DNA of 64,000 nucleotides from Mycobacteriales bacterium (GCA_035547515.1 DASZUS010000045.1:171291-235290); one strand, 5' to 3'; shown: positions 9,318 through 18,758, counted from the stretch's first letter. The notes: generated by a model from the sequence alone, not told the origin. Numbers and translations: made by a program.

Positions 9318-10964
9318 ATGGTGCTCACCGACCCGGACAACGGATCCTCCTGGACCTCGTGGGGTGCGACGCGGCCGGAGCTGCCGGACTCGGCGCGGTC
9401 GATGCTGCGCGACCTGCTCGGCGACCTCACGCCGAGCCGGCCCGGCGCGATCGAGCAGGCTCAGCTCCCGCCGTCGCGTCTCACCGCAGCACTGCGCAAG
9501 TCGCTCGCGGGAGCGGTAGGCGAGTCACGCGTGCTCACCGACGACATCACCCGCGCCCGCCACGCGGGCGGGCAGGCATACGCGGACCTGGTGCGCCGCC
9601 GCCGGGGGGACGCGTCGGACGCGCCCGACGTCATCGTGCGGCCCGGCTCAGCAGAGCAGGTGGCCGAGGTGCTGGCGATCTGCAGCAAGGCCCGCGTTGC
9701 CGTCGTCCCGTGGGGCGGCGGGACGAGTGTCGTCGGGGGGTTGTCGGCGATCGACGGCGGGCTGAAGGCCGTCGTCGCGCTCGACCTGTGCCGCCTCGAC
9801 CAGCTGCTGGGCGTGGATGCGGTCTCGCGCACCGCGACCTTCCAACCCGGCATCCGCACGCCGGCTGCGGAGGCCGCACTGGCCGAGCACGGACTATCTC
9901 TCGGTCACGTGCCGCAGAGCTTCGAGCGCGCCTCGATCGGCGGCTATGTCGTGACGCGCTCCTCGGGTCAGGGGTCGGCCGGGCGGGGGCGAATCGACGA
10001 CATGGTCCTCGGCGTACGGATGGCGACGCCGCGCGGTGAGCTCGTGCTGCCGGTCATGCCCGGCAGCGCCGCCGGGCCCGACCTGCGGCGCCTGGTGCTC
10101 GGCTCCGAGGGGACGCTCGGCGTGGTCACCGAGGTCACGCTGCGGGTGCGGCCCATCCCGAAGACGACGCACTTCGAGGGGTGGGTGGCGCGCAGCTGGG
10201 AGGACGGGACGCGCATCCTTCGTGCGCTCGCACAAGACGGGCCGAGGCCGGACGTGCTGCGGCTGTCCGACGAGGACGAGACGCGGATCTCACTTGCCTT
10301 GTCAGGGACGGAGGGTGCGAAGAAGCGAGCCATGGACAGCTGGCTGAGGCTGCGCGGCGTCTCCGGCGGGTGCCTGATCATCGTCGGGTTCGAGGGCTCA
10401 GCCGCCGACGTGCGCTACCGCCGCCGCGGCGTACGCCGAGTGCTTCGTGCCGCGAAGGCCGTCGGGCTGGGCACGACCGCCGGAAAGTCGTGGCAGCACA
10501 ACCGGTTCTCCGGCCCTTACCTACGTGACACCTTGCTCGACGAGGGCGTGCTCGCCGAGACCCTCGAGACCGCGACGACCTGGTCGAACCTCCCGCGCCT
10601 CTACGAGTCCGTGCGGGCAGCGCTCACCGAAAGCCTTGCTCGCGACGGGCGAGCGCCGCTGGTCGGCTGCCACGTGTCCCACGTGTATCCGGCCGGGGCG
10701 TCGCTCTACTTCACCGTGCTCGCGGCCGCGATGCCGGGCGAGGAGGTCGAGCAGTGGGCCGCCGCCAAAGCCGCCGCGAACGCCGCCATCGTGGAGGCGA
10801 GCGGCACGGTCACGCATCATCACGCGGTCGGTACCGCCCACCGCGACGCAGTGGTCAACGACCTCGGCGGCCCCGACCTGGTCGGGATCGCGGCGCTGCG
10901 CGCGGTCAAGAAGTGCCTCGACCCGGCAGGCATCCTCAACCCGGGCAAGCTGCTGCCGGACTGA
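9318..10964 (+). CDS. FAD-linked oxidase (alkyl-DHAP synthase-like flavoprotein)
   Basis: 548 aa, FAD-binding PCMH domain plus C-terminal oxidase domain. Confidence 0.85.
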   Translation: MVLTDPDNGSSWTSWGATRPELPDSARSMLRDLLGDLTPSRPGAIEQAQLPPSRLTAALRKSLAGAVGESRVLTDDITRARHAGGQAYADLVRRRRGDASDAPDVIVRPGSAEQVAEVLAICSKARVAVVPWGGGTSVVGGLSAIDGGLKAVVALDLCRLDQLLGVDAVSRTATFQPGIRTPAAEAALAEHGLSLGHVPQSFERASIGGYVVTRSSGQGSAGRGRIDDMVLGVRMATPRGELVLPVMPGSAAGPDLRRLVLGSEGTLGVVTEVTLRVRPIPKTTHFEGWVARSWEDGTRILRALAQDGPRPDVLRLSDEDETRISLALSGTEGAKKRAMDSWLRLRGVSGGCLIIVGFEGSAADVRYRRRGVRRVLRAAKAVGLGTTAGKSWQHNRFSGPYLRDTLLDEGVLAETLETATTWSNLPRLYESVRAALTESLARDGRAPLVGCHVSHVYPAGASLYFTVLAAAMPGEEVEQWAAAKAAANAAIVEASGTVTHHHAVGTAHRDAVVNDLGGPDLVGIAALRAVKKCLDPAGILNPGKLLPD

Positions 10965-12494
10965 TCAGGGCAGCTGAAGGCCGCCCGTCGTTGTCGGCGG
11001 CGGGGTGAGCGTCGACGTCGGCGGCAACGTGATCGGCGGGGTCGGCGTGGGATTACTCGGCGTCGGAGTTGGGGTCGGCGTCAGGCTCGGGCTCGGGGTC
11101 GGGGTCGGCGACTCGGTCGGGGTCGGCGGGGTGAGCCGGCGGGTCGCATCACTGCGGAAGAGCGTCAGCGCGTTGCCGATCGCCTGAGCAAGCTGCGGCG
11201 TCAGGTTGCCCGCCTGCTCCTGGTTCCCGATCGCCAAGCTCATGTTCGACGCGACGGCATCGAGGTCGGTCACGTCCTTGTTCTGCACGGCGGACGCGAG
11301 CTGACCGAGGTACGGCGAAAGCGCGTTCGACGCCTTCGCCGAAATGCTGCCCTTGCACACCAGGTCGGTCAGCGATGCCAGGTCGCTTCCGACCCGTCCC
11401 CCCAGGGTCGGAAGACCCTGCCCGCAGCTTGCCGAAGGACCTGTGATGTTGGGGCCGTTGCTCTTGTGGGACAGGGCGAGCACGACCGCGACCGCGATCG
11501 CGACCAGCACCGCCGCGCCGAGGACCCAAGGCCACAGCGGGCGCTGTGTGGGCGGAGCTGGGCGCACGTAGGAGGTGTCGGTCTCGGCTGCGAGCGGCAG
11601 CATCCGGGTCGGCTGCGTCATCGCGACGGTCTCGCCCGCGGTGGCGACCGGTACGCCGATCGCCATCGTTGCGTCGGCTGCGGCGCCCGAGAGCCGGCGC
11701 AGCCGGTCGCTGACCTGTGCCGCGGACAACCGGCCGGCAGGCAGCCTGGCAAGCATCCCGCCCAGGAGGTCCCGCCACGCCACCGGCAGCGATGCCGGCA
11801 CGGTCGGCGGGCGGGTGACGCGCGCCATCGCGGCTTCCAGCGGCGGCCCGTCGTACTCCCGATGCCCCGTCAGGCACTCCAGCAAGATCAGCCCGAGCGC
11901 GTAGACGTCCGCCGGCGGCCCCACCGGCTCACCGGTGACCTGCTCGGGCGCGAAATAGGCCGGGGTCCCGACGACCTCTCCGGCGGTGGTGACGTGGCTC
12001 GCGTCGACCAGCCGGGCAATCCCGAAATCTGCCAGGTGCACGCGACCGTCGGATGAGATCAGGACGTTGGCGGGCTTTACATCGCGGTGGATCAGCCCCT
12101 GGCTGTGCACGTAGCTGAGCGCATCCGCCAGCGCCGTACCGATCTCCGCGACCCGATCGCTCGGCAACGCGCCGTACCGAAGCTCCTCAGCAAGGGTCGG
12201 TCCCTCGACCAGCGTCATCACGAGGTACGGCCGGCCGGTCTGGTCGTCCTCGCCCGCGTCGAGGACGGTCACCAGCGACGGGTGGTCCAGCCGCGCGAGG
12301 GTGCGCATCTCGGCCTCGTGACGGCGAAGCTCGTCCGCGACGTCGGCGCGGAACAGCTTGATCGCGACGTCACGATGCAGCCGCTCGTCGAAGGCGCGGT
12401 AGACCTCGGCGACAGCACCGGATCCGAGCAGGACCTCGACGCGGTACCGCCCGTCGAGGAGGTGGTCACCCGGCGGTGGAGTAGGGCTGGTCAT
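10965..12494 (-). CDS. Receptor-type Ser/Thr protein kinase with single TM helix, small extracellular domain and Pro/Thr-rich tail
   Basis: Hanks kinase motifs (VAIK, HRDVKPANV, DFG, APE); TM segment WPWVLGAAVLVAIAVAVVLAL; C-terminal TPTPTPS repeats. Confidence 0.9.
   Translation of the reverse strand: MTSPTPPPGDHLLDGRYRVEVLLGSGAVAEVYRAFDERLHRDVAIKLFRADVADELRRHEAEMRTLARLDHPSLVTVLDAGEDDQTGRPYLVMTLVEGPTLAEELRYGALPSDRVAEIGTALADALSYVHSQGLIHRDVKPANVLISSDGRVHLADFGIARLVDASHVTTAGEVVGTPAYFAPEQVTGEPVGPPADVYALGLILLECLTGHREYDGPPLEAAMARVTRPPTVPASLPVAWRDLLGGMLARLPAGRLSAAQVSDRLRRLSGAAADATMAIGVPVATAGETVAMTQPTRMLPLAAETDTSYVRPAPPTQRPLWPWVLGAAVLVAIAVAVVLALSHKSNGPNITGPSASCGQGLPTLGGRVGSDLASLTDLVCKGSISAKASNALSPYLGQLASAVQNKDVTDLDAVASNMSLAIGNQEQAGNLTPQLAQAIGNALTLFRSDATRRLTPPTPTESPTPTPSPSLTPTPTPTPSNPTPTPPITLPPTSTLTPPPTTTGGLQLP
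10975..11140. repeat. Low-complexity GC-rich tandem repeats (GGGGTCGGCGTC-like units) encoding the Pro/Thr-rich tail of the kinase
   Basis: Repeated ggggtcgg/ggcgtcgg units visible in the sequence. Confidence 0.5.
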
Positions 12495-12636
12495 CCCTTA
12501 CAGGATCGCGGAGTGCAGCGAGACGTGCGCTTCGCCGCGCCGCCCGCGATCTTGTCAGCCCTCATCGGGGGTGGCTTACCCCCGATGCGGCGAGCCACGC
12601 AGCCAACGCATCAGCGGCCTAGCATTGGCAGCCTTC

Positions 12637-12709
12637 GCCCTCTTAGCTCAGGGGATAGAGCAACCGCCTCCTAAGCGGTAGGTCGGCAGTTCAAATCTGC
12701 CAGGGGGCA
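12637..12709 (+). tRNA. tRNA-Arg (anticodon CCT)
   Basis: Manual cloverleaf fold: acceptor GCCCTCT/AGGGGGC (one G-U), D-arm GCTC/GAGC, anticodon stem ACCGC/GCGGT with loop CTCCTAA, T-arm GGCAG-TTCAAAT-CTGCC, discriminator A. Confidence 0.85.
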
Positions 12710-13924
12710 CCGCCTCGAAGGTCGTGGCGATCCCGTGATCGCCACTGCTATCGCACCTATCGCTGCCGCAGTGAGCGTCGTGGCACGGGCGCCACCGACG
12801 GCGAGGGCTAGACCACCGATGCCAGCGCCGAGCGCGCTGCCGACGTAGATCGCCGACCCGTTAAGACCGACGGCTACGGGCGCGAGGTCGGGTACGGTCG
12901 CGAAGATCCGGTGCTGTTGCGGTACCACCGTCAGCCCGACGGCGAATCCGAGCATTGCCATCGTTGCGACAGAGGCGACGTGCCATGTGCGGCTGCCGGC
13001 GAGAATCGCTGTCGCAAGGGTGACCCCGACCGCTCCGGTTCGCAGGACGGCGCGGGTGCCGCGACGGTTGACCAGACGCGGTACGAACGCGGTCCCCGTG
13101 ACTTGACCCGCGCCATACGTCAGGGTCGCGATGACGACCCAGACACCTTCGGTGTGCAGAATCGTGGGCAGGTAGGCGAGGATCAGGAATCCGGGAACCA
13201 GCACCGTCGTCGTGCCGGCGAGGATGCCAAGGACCCGCCGGTCGGTGAGCGCCCGGCCGCGTTGGCGCAACGTCAGCCGGGGCGCGCGGGCAGGCGGCAG
13301 GAGCCGGACGGCCAGCACTGAGACGGCCGCGAGCGCGAGCAGCGTCCACATGGCGGCACGCCAACCCCACGCCTGGCCGATCAGAATGCCGAACGGAAGC
13401 CCAGCGACGACCGCGACCGAGCTGCCACCGGCAACGACCGCCAGAGAGCGGGCGCGGTGGGCATCGTCCGAGAGAATGCCGGCAGTGCTGTACGCCGTTG
13501 CCTGGTAGCCCGCCGCCCCCAACGCGGCCAGCACGCGGCCCAGCGCCACGACCGGAAAGCTCTGTCCGGTGGCCTGGACGGCGATCCCAACCATGAACAA
13601 GGCCATGCCGGCCGCAAGCAGCGTGCGCCGGTCCCAGTTGCCCGCCACCGTCGCGATCACCGGCGAGCCGAGCGCATAGGTCAGCGCGAACAGCGTGGTG
13701 AGCTGTCCCGCGGTGCTGACCGAGACATGCAGCGACGCCGCCACGTCCGGCAGCAATCCCGAAAGCACGAACCCGTCCACGCCGAGTGTGAAGGTCCCCA
13801 CCGCCAGGACGAGGAGCTGCGCGGCCCGAAGACCGGCGCGGGCGTCCGCACGATCAGTGGCCCTCCCGCGCTGAAAACGCGGGCGGCCTGCGCAACTTTC
13901 CGATGGCCAAGTCGAGGTGGGCAT
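12671..13924 (-). CDS. MFS transporter
   Basis: 417 aa, ~12 TM segments; the 3' end (last ~12 codons) overlaps the tRNA-Arg gene on the opposite strand. Confidence 0.8.
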   Translation of the reverse strand: MPTSTWPSESCAGRPRFQRGRATDRADARAGLRAAQLLVLAVGTFTLGVDGFVLSGLLPDVAASLHVSVSTAGQLTTLFALTYALGSPVIATVAGNWDRRTLLAAGMALFMVGIAVQATGQSFPVVALGRVLAALGAAGYQATAYSTAGILSDDAHRARSLAVVAGGSSVAVVAGLPFGILIGQAWGWRAAMWTLLALAAVSVLAVRLLPPARAPRLTLRQRGRALTDRRVLGILAGTTTVLVPGFLILAYLPTILHTEGVWVVIATLTYGAGQVTGTAFVPRLVNRRGTRAVLRTGAVGVTLATAILAGSRTWHVASVATMAMLGFAVGLTVVPQQHRIFATVPDLAPVAVGLNGSAIYVGSALGAGIGGLALAVGGARATTLTAAAIGAIAVAITGSPRPSRRCPLADLNCRPTA

Positions 13925-13962
13925 ACCGGTACCTCCATCCGATTACTCGACCTCGATGCAAG

Positions 13963-14010
13963 CGTTCAAGAAGTTATCTATGACTTCTTGAACGAACGGT
14001 CAAGAAGTTC
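13963..14010. promoter_or_regulatory. AT-rich operator-like repeats TTCAAGAAGT-N8-ACTTCTTGAA plus a third half-site CAAGAAGTTC between the divergent MFS and TetR genes
   Basis: 10-bp perfect inverted repeat read directly in the intergenic region. Confidence 0.4.
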
Positions 14011-14024
14011 TGTAGCCTCCTCGT

Positions 14025-14630
14025 ATGGTCCGCACCGGGCGACCGCGCGCCTTCGACACCGATCAAGCGCTGTCCCGCGCCCGCGACCTGTTCTGGTCAA
14101 AGGGGTACGGCGCGACGTCGGTCCAGGACCTCGTCGACCAGCTGAAGTTGCAGCGCGGCAGTCTCTATGCCGCCTTCGGCGACAAGCGCGCTCTCTATCT
14201 GCGCGCCGTCGCTCTCTACGCCCGCGAGAACCACGAGCGGCTGGAACGCCTTCTCAGCGTCGACCCGATATTGCCGACGATCCGACAGCTGCTGCTCGAA
14301 CCCGGCATGCTCACCGGTGCCCCCGAGTTGTCGTCCGGCGGCCGGCGCGGCTGTCTGCTGGGCAACACCGCCGCTGAGCTCCTGCCTGACGACGAAGCAG
14401 CCGCAGAGCTGGTCGCGAACGCCTACCGAGCCACAGTGCAGACCTTCACGACCGCACTACGACGATCCCAACACAATGGCGAGGTGACCAGCGACACGAC
14501 CCCGGAGGCCCAGGCGCAGCTACTGCTCCTGCTCTTCCAGGGCGCGGCACTTGTCGGACGCGCCGGCGAGGGTCCCGCTCAGCTCGCCGCGGGCGTGGAT
14601 GCGGCCCTTGACGCTCTCCGCGCCCGCTGA
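14025..14630 (+). CDS. TetR family transcriptional regulator
   Basis: HTH TSVQDLVDQLKLQRGSLYAAFGDK; divergent to the MFS transporter. Confidence 0.85.
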   Translation: MVRTGRPRAFDTDQALSRARDLFWSKGYGATSVQDLVDQLKLQRGSLYAAFGDKRALYLRAVALYARENHERLERLLSVDPILPTIRQLLLEPGMLTGAPELSSGGRRGCLLGNTAAELLPDDEAAAELVANAYRATVQTFTTALRRSQHNGEVTSDTTPEAQAQLLLLLFQGAALVGRAGEGPAQLAAGVDAALDALRAR

Positions 14631-14706
14631 GCGCGGCCCGCCGTACCTGAGAAGTGCGCGTCTCGAGGAGACGGCGCATTAACACCTAGCTCGACGGGAC
14701 CATGAT

Positions 14707-15267
14707 GTGGTCGTGGAAGGTACGGCGCTGCTCGTCCAGGACGTCCAGACGGCGATAGTCGAGGGAGCGCCGCCGAGCATGCTTCGGGCGGTGCGGGTCG
14801 CGCTGGATGGAGCCCACGCGGCGGGCATTCCGGTCATCTACATCCGGGTGCTGCTGCGTCCTGGTCGAGCCGGCGTATCACCACGGAACAAGATGCTGAC
14901 CAGACTTCACGAGAGGCTCACCGACGGCGCGCCGGGGTTGGAGATCCTTCCTGCTCTGGCTCCCCTGCCCGACGACTTCGTGCTCACCAAGCACCGAGTG
15001 AGCTCCTTCGCCGGCAGCGGATTGGACGTGCTGCTGCGCTCCTTGGACGTGACACATCTCGTGCTGACGGGGGTATCCACCAGCACCGCTGTCCTGGCGA
15101 CCGCGATGGCCGCCGCAGATCTGGACTTCGAGCTGACGGTGCTGTCCGATGCCTGCTTCAACGGGACCGAGGAGACTGAGCTCGCCCAGCATCGGCACCT
15201 GCTGGGGGAGCTGTTGCCGAGGATGGCCGCGGTGATGACCGCCGACGAGTGGGTCGCCATGGCCTAA
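14707..15267 (+). CDS. Isochorismatase-family cysteine hydrolase
   Basis: 186 aa; catalytic-type VLTGVSTSTAV motif context typical of the isochorismatase fold. Confidence 0.75.
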   Translation: MVVEGTALLVQDVQTAIVEGAPPSMLRAVRVALDGAHAAGIPVIYIRVLLRPGRAGVSPRNKMLTRLHERLTDGAPGLEILPALAPLPDDFVLTKHRVSSFAGSGLDVLLRSLDVTHLVLTGVSTSTAVLATAMAAADLDFELTVLSDACFNGTEETELAQHRHLLGELLPRMAAVMTADEWVAMA

Positions 15268-15329
15268 GCCGCGACCGCCGCCCCTGCGATGATCGCAGCC
15301 GTCCCGGCAACGACCCTGGGCGGGGCTCG

Positions 15330-15794
15330 TCATGGCGAGACGAGTTCTCCAGTAGTGAACGGCACCCGGCTCTGGATCGGTACGACTCGGCCGGTTGCTG
15401 CGTCGATGACATCGGGGCCGTCGTACGGCTTGGGCAAATGGACCAGGACGTAGAAGGGACCCACGCCGGGCTCGGCGCACACGACATCGCTCGGCCTCGA
15501 GGTGGGAATGAGCGATATCACCGGATAGGGCTTACGAGATCCGGCCGTCGCGCGGTACGACCGCCAGCATGGATCACTGCGGTCGCGAGTGCCCTCGTCG
15601 ACGTTCACGAGCAGGTCGCTCGGATTGGCAGTTCGGAAGGCCATGCCGAACACCCACAGCTTGCCGTCGGCGACAAGGGGCGAGATCGCCGGCAGTGGCT
15701 TCGGACGACCCGATACCGCGACCTGCTTGTGGAAGCCGCAACCGGTACAGGCAAGGAGGCATAGTCCGCCCAGTGTTACCGCGCGCCGTCGCAT
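15330..15794 (-). CDS. Hypothetical lipoprotein
   Basis: Signal peptide with lipobox LLACTGC after the internal Met start at 15794. Confidence 0.5.
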   Translation of the reverse strand: MRRRAVTLGGLCLLACTGCGFHKQVAVSGRPKPLPAISPLVADGKLWVFGMAFRTANPSDLLVNVDEGTRDRSDPCWRSYRATAGSRKPYPVISLIPTSRPSDVVCAEPGVGPFYVLVHLPKPYDGPDVIDAATGRVVPIQSRVPFTTGELVSP

Positions 15795-15832
15795 ATGCGG
15801 ACGGCAGGTGGATCGCGGACCGAGCGCCATTT

Positions 15833-16030
15833 CTAGAACGGTCCCAGAAACCAGACGCCGACGACGAGTAGCGCGCCGTAGGCAACGACCAGCGCGAGTT
15901 CAACGATCAGATGCCGCGGTACCGAGAAGCACGGCACTCGCTGGCTCAGGCGCGACGTCAAGGCGTACCCGGGATTGAAGACGAGTGCGGTCAACAGTCC
16001 CCACGCAGTCGCGGCAAATGCGTCAGCCAT
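15833..16030 (-). CDS. Hypothetical small membrane protein
   Basis: About 65 aa with two hydrophobic helices; its ATG overlaps the stop of the upstream small ORF by 8 nt (ATGGCTGA). Confidence 0.3.
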   Translation of the reverse strand: MADAFAATAWGLLTALVFNPGYALTSRLSQRVPCFSVPRHLIVELALVVAYGALLVVGVWFLGPF

Positions 16031-16038
16031 CGCTTCGG

Positions 16039-16233
16039 CTACAGCGCATGGGTCAGCATCGCAACCGTCACGATGCCAACGACCATGCCGAGTGCCAGCA
16101 GCATCGGGCGCCGGAAGCCACGCAACGGACGTGGTGATCGGAGCCACTCCGCAATGCCGGCGGCTAGACGAACCTCCGCGCCCTCGGCCGTCTCGGCACC
16201 GGGCAGGTACTTATCGTCGAGCCTGACCACCAT
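16039..16233 (-). CDS. Hypothetical small membrane protein
   Basis: 64 aa with C-terminal TM helix; translationally coupled to the next small ORF. Confidence 0.3.
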   Translation of the reverse strand: MVVRLDDKYLPGAETAEGAEVRLAAGIAEWLRSPRPLRGFRRPMLLALGMVVGIVTVAMLTHAL

Positions 16234-16257
16234 CTAAGGGTCACTCATCTCGCCCGA

Positions 16258-17226
16258 GTGGTCGATAGTCATTGGGGATCAACTGCGCGAAGCGGTTGGG
16301 CAAACCCCACCATGGCGAGAGAGGTACACGTGAAGCTGCCGAAGGCCGTGCTCAAGGAGCTCGTGGTCGCGGAGGGTGACGATCCGCGGTTGGCGAAACG
16401 CAGCACCAGCCGGACCGAGGCCGAGTGGCCGAAGGCCGGCAAGGGCCGCGCCGCCAAGGAGGTGCTCGACGAGGATCTCGCGGCGTTCAAGGACGAACTG
16501 GAACGAGCGCAGCTGCAGCTCTACGCGAGCGGGACCCACGCGCTGTTGCTCATCTTCCAGGCGATGGACGCCGCCGGGAAGGACGGCACGATCCAGCACG
16601 TCATGTCCGGAGTGAACCCCCAGGGCTGCTCGGTGACCTCGTTCAAGCGGCCGTCGGACACCGAGCTGCGCCACGACTTCCTGTGGCGTTGCACGCAGGC
16701 GCTCCCCGAACGCGGCCACATTGCGATCTTCAACCGGTCCTACTACGAGGACGTGCTCGTCGTGCGGGTCCACCCCGAGCTGCTCGCCGACAGCGGCATC
16801 GACAAGCACGACGGCCTCTGGCGCGAACGGTACGAGGACATCAACGCCTTCGAGCGGCGGCTGCACCGCAATGGCACCCGCGTCGTGAAGTTCTTCCTGC
16901 ACGTGTCCAAGGACGAGCAGCGCCGCCGGTTCCTCGACCGGCTCGACGACCCGACCAAGCACTGGAAGTTCAGCTCGGCCGACCTCGCCGAGCGAGCCCA
17001 CTGGGACGAGTACCAGACGGCGTACGAGAAGGCGATCGCCGCGACCTCCACCAAGCACGCCCCCTGGTACGTCATCCCCGCCGACCACAAGCCGACCATG
17101 CGTGCCCTCGTTGCCGGCGTGATCGTGGACGCCATCGACCGCCTCGGTCTCGACGCTCCGCGCCCGGCGGCCTCTCCCGAGGAGCTCGCTCAAGCCCGCG
17201 AGCAGCTGCTCGCCGAGGGCAGCTAG
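16258..17226 (+). CDS. ppk2: Polyphosphate kinase 2 family protein
   Basis: PPK2 Walker A-like GKDG and lid motifs (FQAMDAAGKDGTI, FNRSYYEDVLVVRVH). Confidence 0.9.
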   Translation: MVDSHWGSTARSGWANPTMAREVHVKLPKAVLKELVVAEGDDPRLAKRSTSRTEAEWPKAGKGRAAKEVLDEDLAAFKDELERAQLQLYASGTHALLLIFQAMDAAGKDGTIQHVMSGVNPQGCSVTSFKRPSDTELRHDFLWRCTQALPERGHIAIFNRSYYEDVLVVRVHPELLADSGIDKHDGLWRERYEDINAFERRLHRNGTRVVKFFLHVSKDEQRRRFLDRLDDPTKHWKFSSADLAERAHWDEYQTAYEKAIAATSTKHAPWYVIPADHKPTMRALVAGVIVDAIDRLGLDAPRPAASPEELAQAREQLLAEGS

Positions 17227-18758
17227 TCGCGCGTCGCGGCACCAGCGGCAAGAGCTGCCGCCACCACGATCAGGACCGCCGACACGATCAGGGCGACCGA
17301 CAGCCCGGACCGGAAGGCGTCGTACGCCGCGTCGTAGATGCGATCGAAGAAGCTCGGAAACAGCGCCTTGATCGCCGACAGCGAACCGCCCTTGGCGGTG
17401 CCGCCGTGCTCATAGCCGTTGATGATCGAGCCCTGGAAGAACGAAGGGATGTGCATCGCGGTCAGCCGGTTGCGCAGGTCGCTGGTCAGCTCACGGTCCA
17501 CCAGCCCGCCGAGGATCGCGACACCGAACACCACGCCGAGCTGACGCGCCATGTTCGTCGCTGATGCCGCCATTCCTGAATGCTCCGCAGGTACGACGTC
17601 GAGCACCTGCACGGTCACGGGCACCATCGCAAGGCCCATGCCGAGACCGGTCAGACCCAGCGACGCGGTGAGCGGCGCGAACGACGGGCGCGTCGACAGC
17701 AGAGGCTCGGTCAGTCCGATCCCGGCCGCGGCGACCAGGCAGCCGATCGGCATCGTCCAGCGGCTGCCGCGACCGGTGACGAGTCGCCCCGCCCACACCG
17801 CACCACCGACCATCAGCACCGTCATCGGCACGAACAGCGCGGCCGTGCGGTAGCTGCTGTACTTCGCGACCTCCTCGAGATAGAGCGCGGTGAAGAAGAA
17901 GATCGAGAAAGTGCCGAAGTACACCGCAAACGACACGACGAGAGATGCGGTGAAGCGCATCCGCCGGAAGTAGCGCAGATCGAGCATCGGGAAGCGGGCG
18001 TGCCGCTCGCGTACGACGAACCCCACGCCGCTCACAGCACCGATGACGAACAGCGCGACGATCCCGCCGTCGCCGTACCCGGAGACCTCGCCCTGGATCA
18101 GGCCGCTGATGATGGTCGCGAGCGCGGTGACGCCAAGAACCTGGCCGAGACCGTCGACCCGAGCGGTCTCCGGATCCGCACTGTCCGGGACCCACCGTCG
18201 GGCGGCAGCGAACAGAACGATGCCGAGCACGACGTTGAGCCAGAACACCGCTCGCCAGCTCCAGATGCCGACCAGTACGCCGCCGAGCAGCGGCCCCAGC
18301 GCAAGTCCCAGACAGGACACCGCGGCCCACACTCCGAGGGCACGCGCTCGACCGCGTTGGTCGGGGAAGACGTGACGGAGCACCGACAAGGTCCCGGGCT
18401 CCGACGCCGCGGCGCCGACGCCCATCGCCGCGCGCGCACCGATCAGCACGTCGCCGGAGTGCGCCACCGCGCCGCCGACCGAGGCAAGGCTGAACAGCGC
18501 CACCCCCGCGAGCATCACGCGGCGCCGGCCGAACCGGTCGCCGAGCGTGCCGCCGGTCAGCATCAGGCTGGCGAACGCGACGGCGTAGGCATCGACGATC
18601 CACTGCAGCCCCGTCACCCCAAGATGCAGCGAGTCCTGGATGCTGCCGAGCGCGACGGCGACGACGGTCGTGTCCAGGAAGGTGAGGGCGAGAATCCCGC
18701 AGACCACGATCAGCGCTGCTCGCTGGTCCCGCCTCACCACCGAAGTATCGTCGGCCAT
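17223..18758 (-). CDS. MFS transporter, DHA2 (14-TMS drug:H+ antiporter) family
   Basis: 511 aa, 14 predicted TM segments, motif GDRFGRRRV. Confidence 0.88.
   Translation of the reverse strand: MADDTSVVRRDQRAALIVVCGILALTFLDTTVVAVALGSIQDSLHLGVTGLQWIVDAYAVAFASLMLTGGTLGDRFGRRRVMLAGVALFSLASVGGAVAHSGDVLIGARAAMGVGAAASEPGTLSVLRHVFPDQRGRARALGVWAAVSCLGLALGPLLGGVLVGIWSWRAVFWLNVVLGIVLFAAARRWVPDSADPETARVDGLGQVLGVTALATIISGLIQGEVSGYGDGGIVALFVIGAVSGVGFVVRERHARFPMLDLRYFRRMRFTASLVVSFAVYFGTFSIFFFTALYLEEVAKYSSYRTAALFVPMTVLMVGGAVWAGRLVTGRGSRWTMPIGCLVAAAGIGLTEPLLSTRPSFAPLTASLGLTGLGMGLAMVPVTVQVLDVVPAEHSGMAASATNMARQLGVVFGVAILGGLVDRELTSDLRNRLTAMHIPSFFQGSIINGYEHGGTAKGGSLSAIKALFPSFFDRIYDAAYDAFRSGLSVALIVSAVLIVVAAALAAGAATRD

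Noticed and set aside
10975-11140. CRISPR-like appearance of the repetitive GGGGTCGG tract
   Set aside because: The repeats are short, contiguous and in-frame within the kinase CDS, encoding a (T/S)P linker. There are no spacers and no cas genes.
12710-16250. Possible tRNA-Arg-associated genomic island
   Set aside because: No integrase, recombinase or phage genes were found, and I spotted no duplicated tRNA 3'-end direct repeat. GC content looks native. It is kept only as a low-interest note under the tRNA finding.
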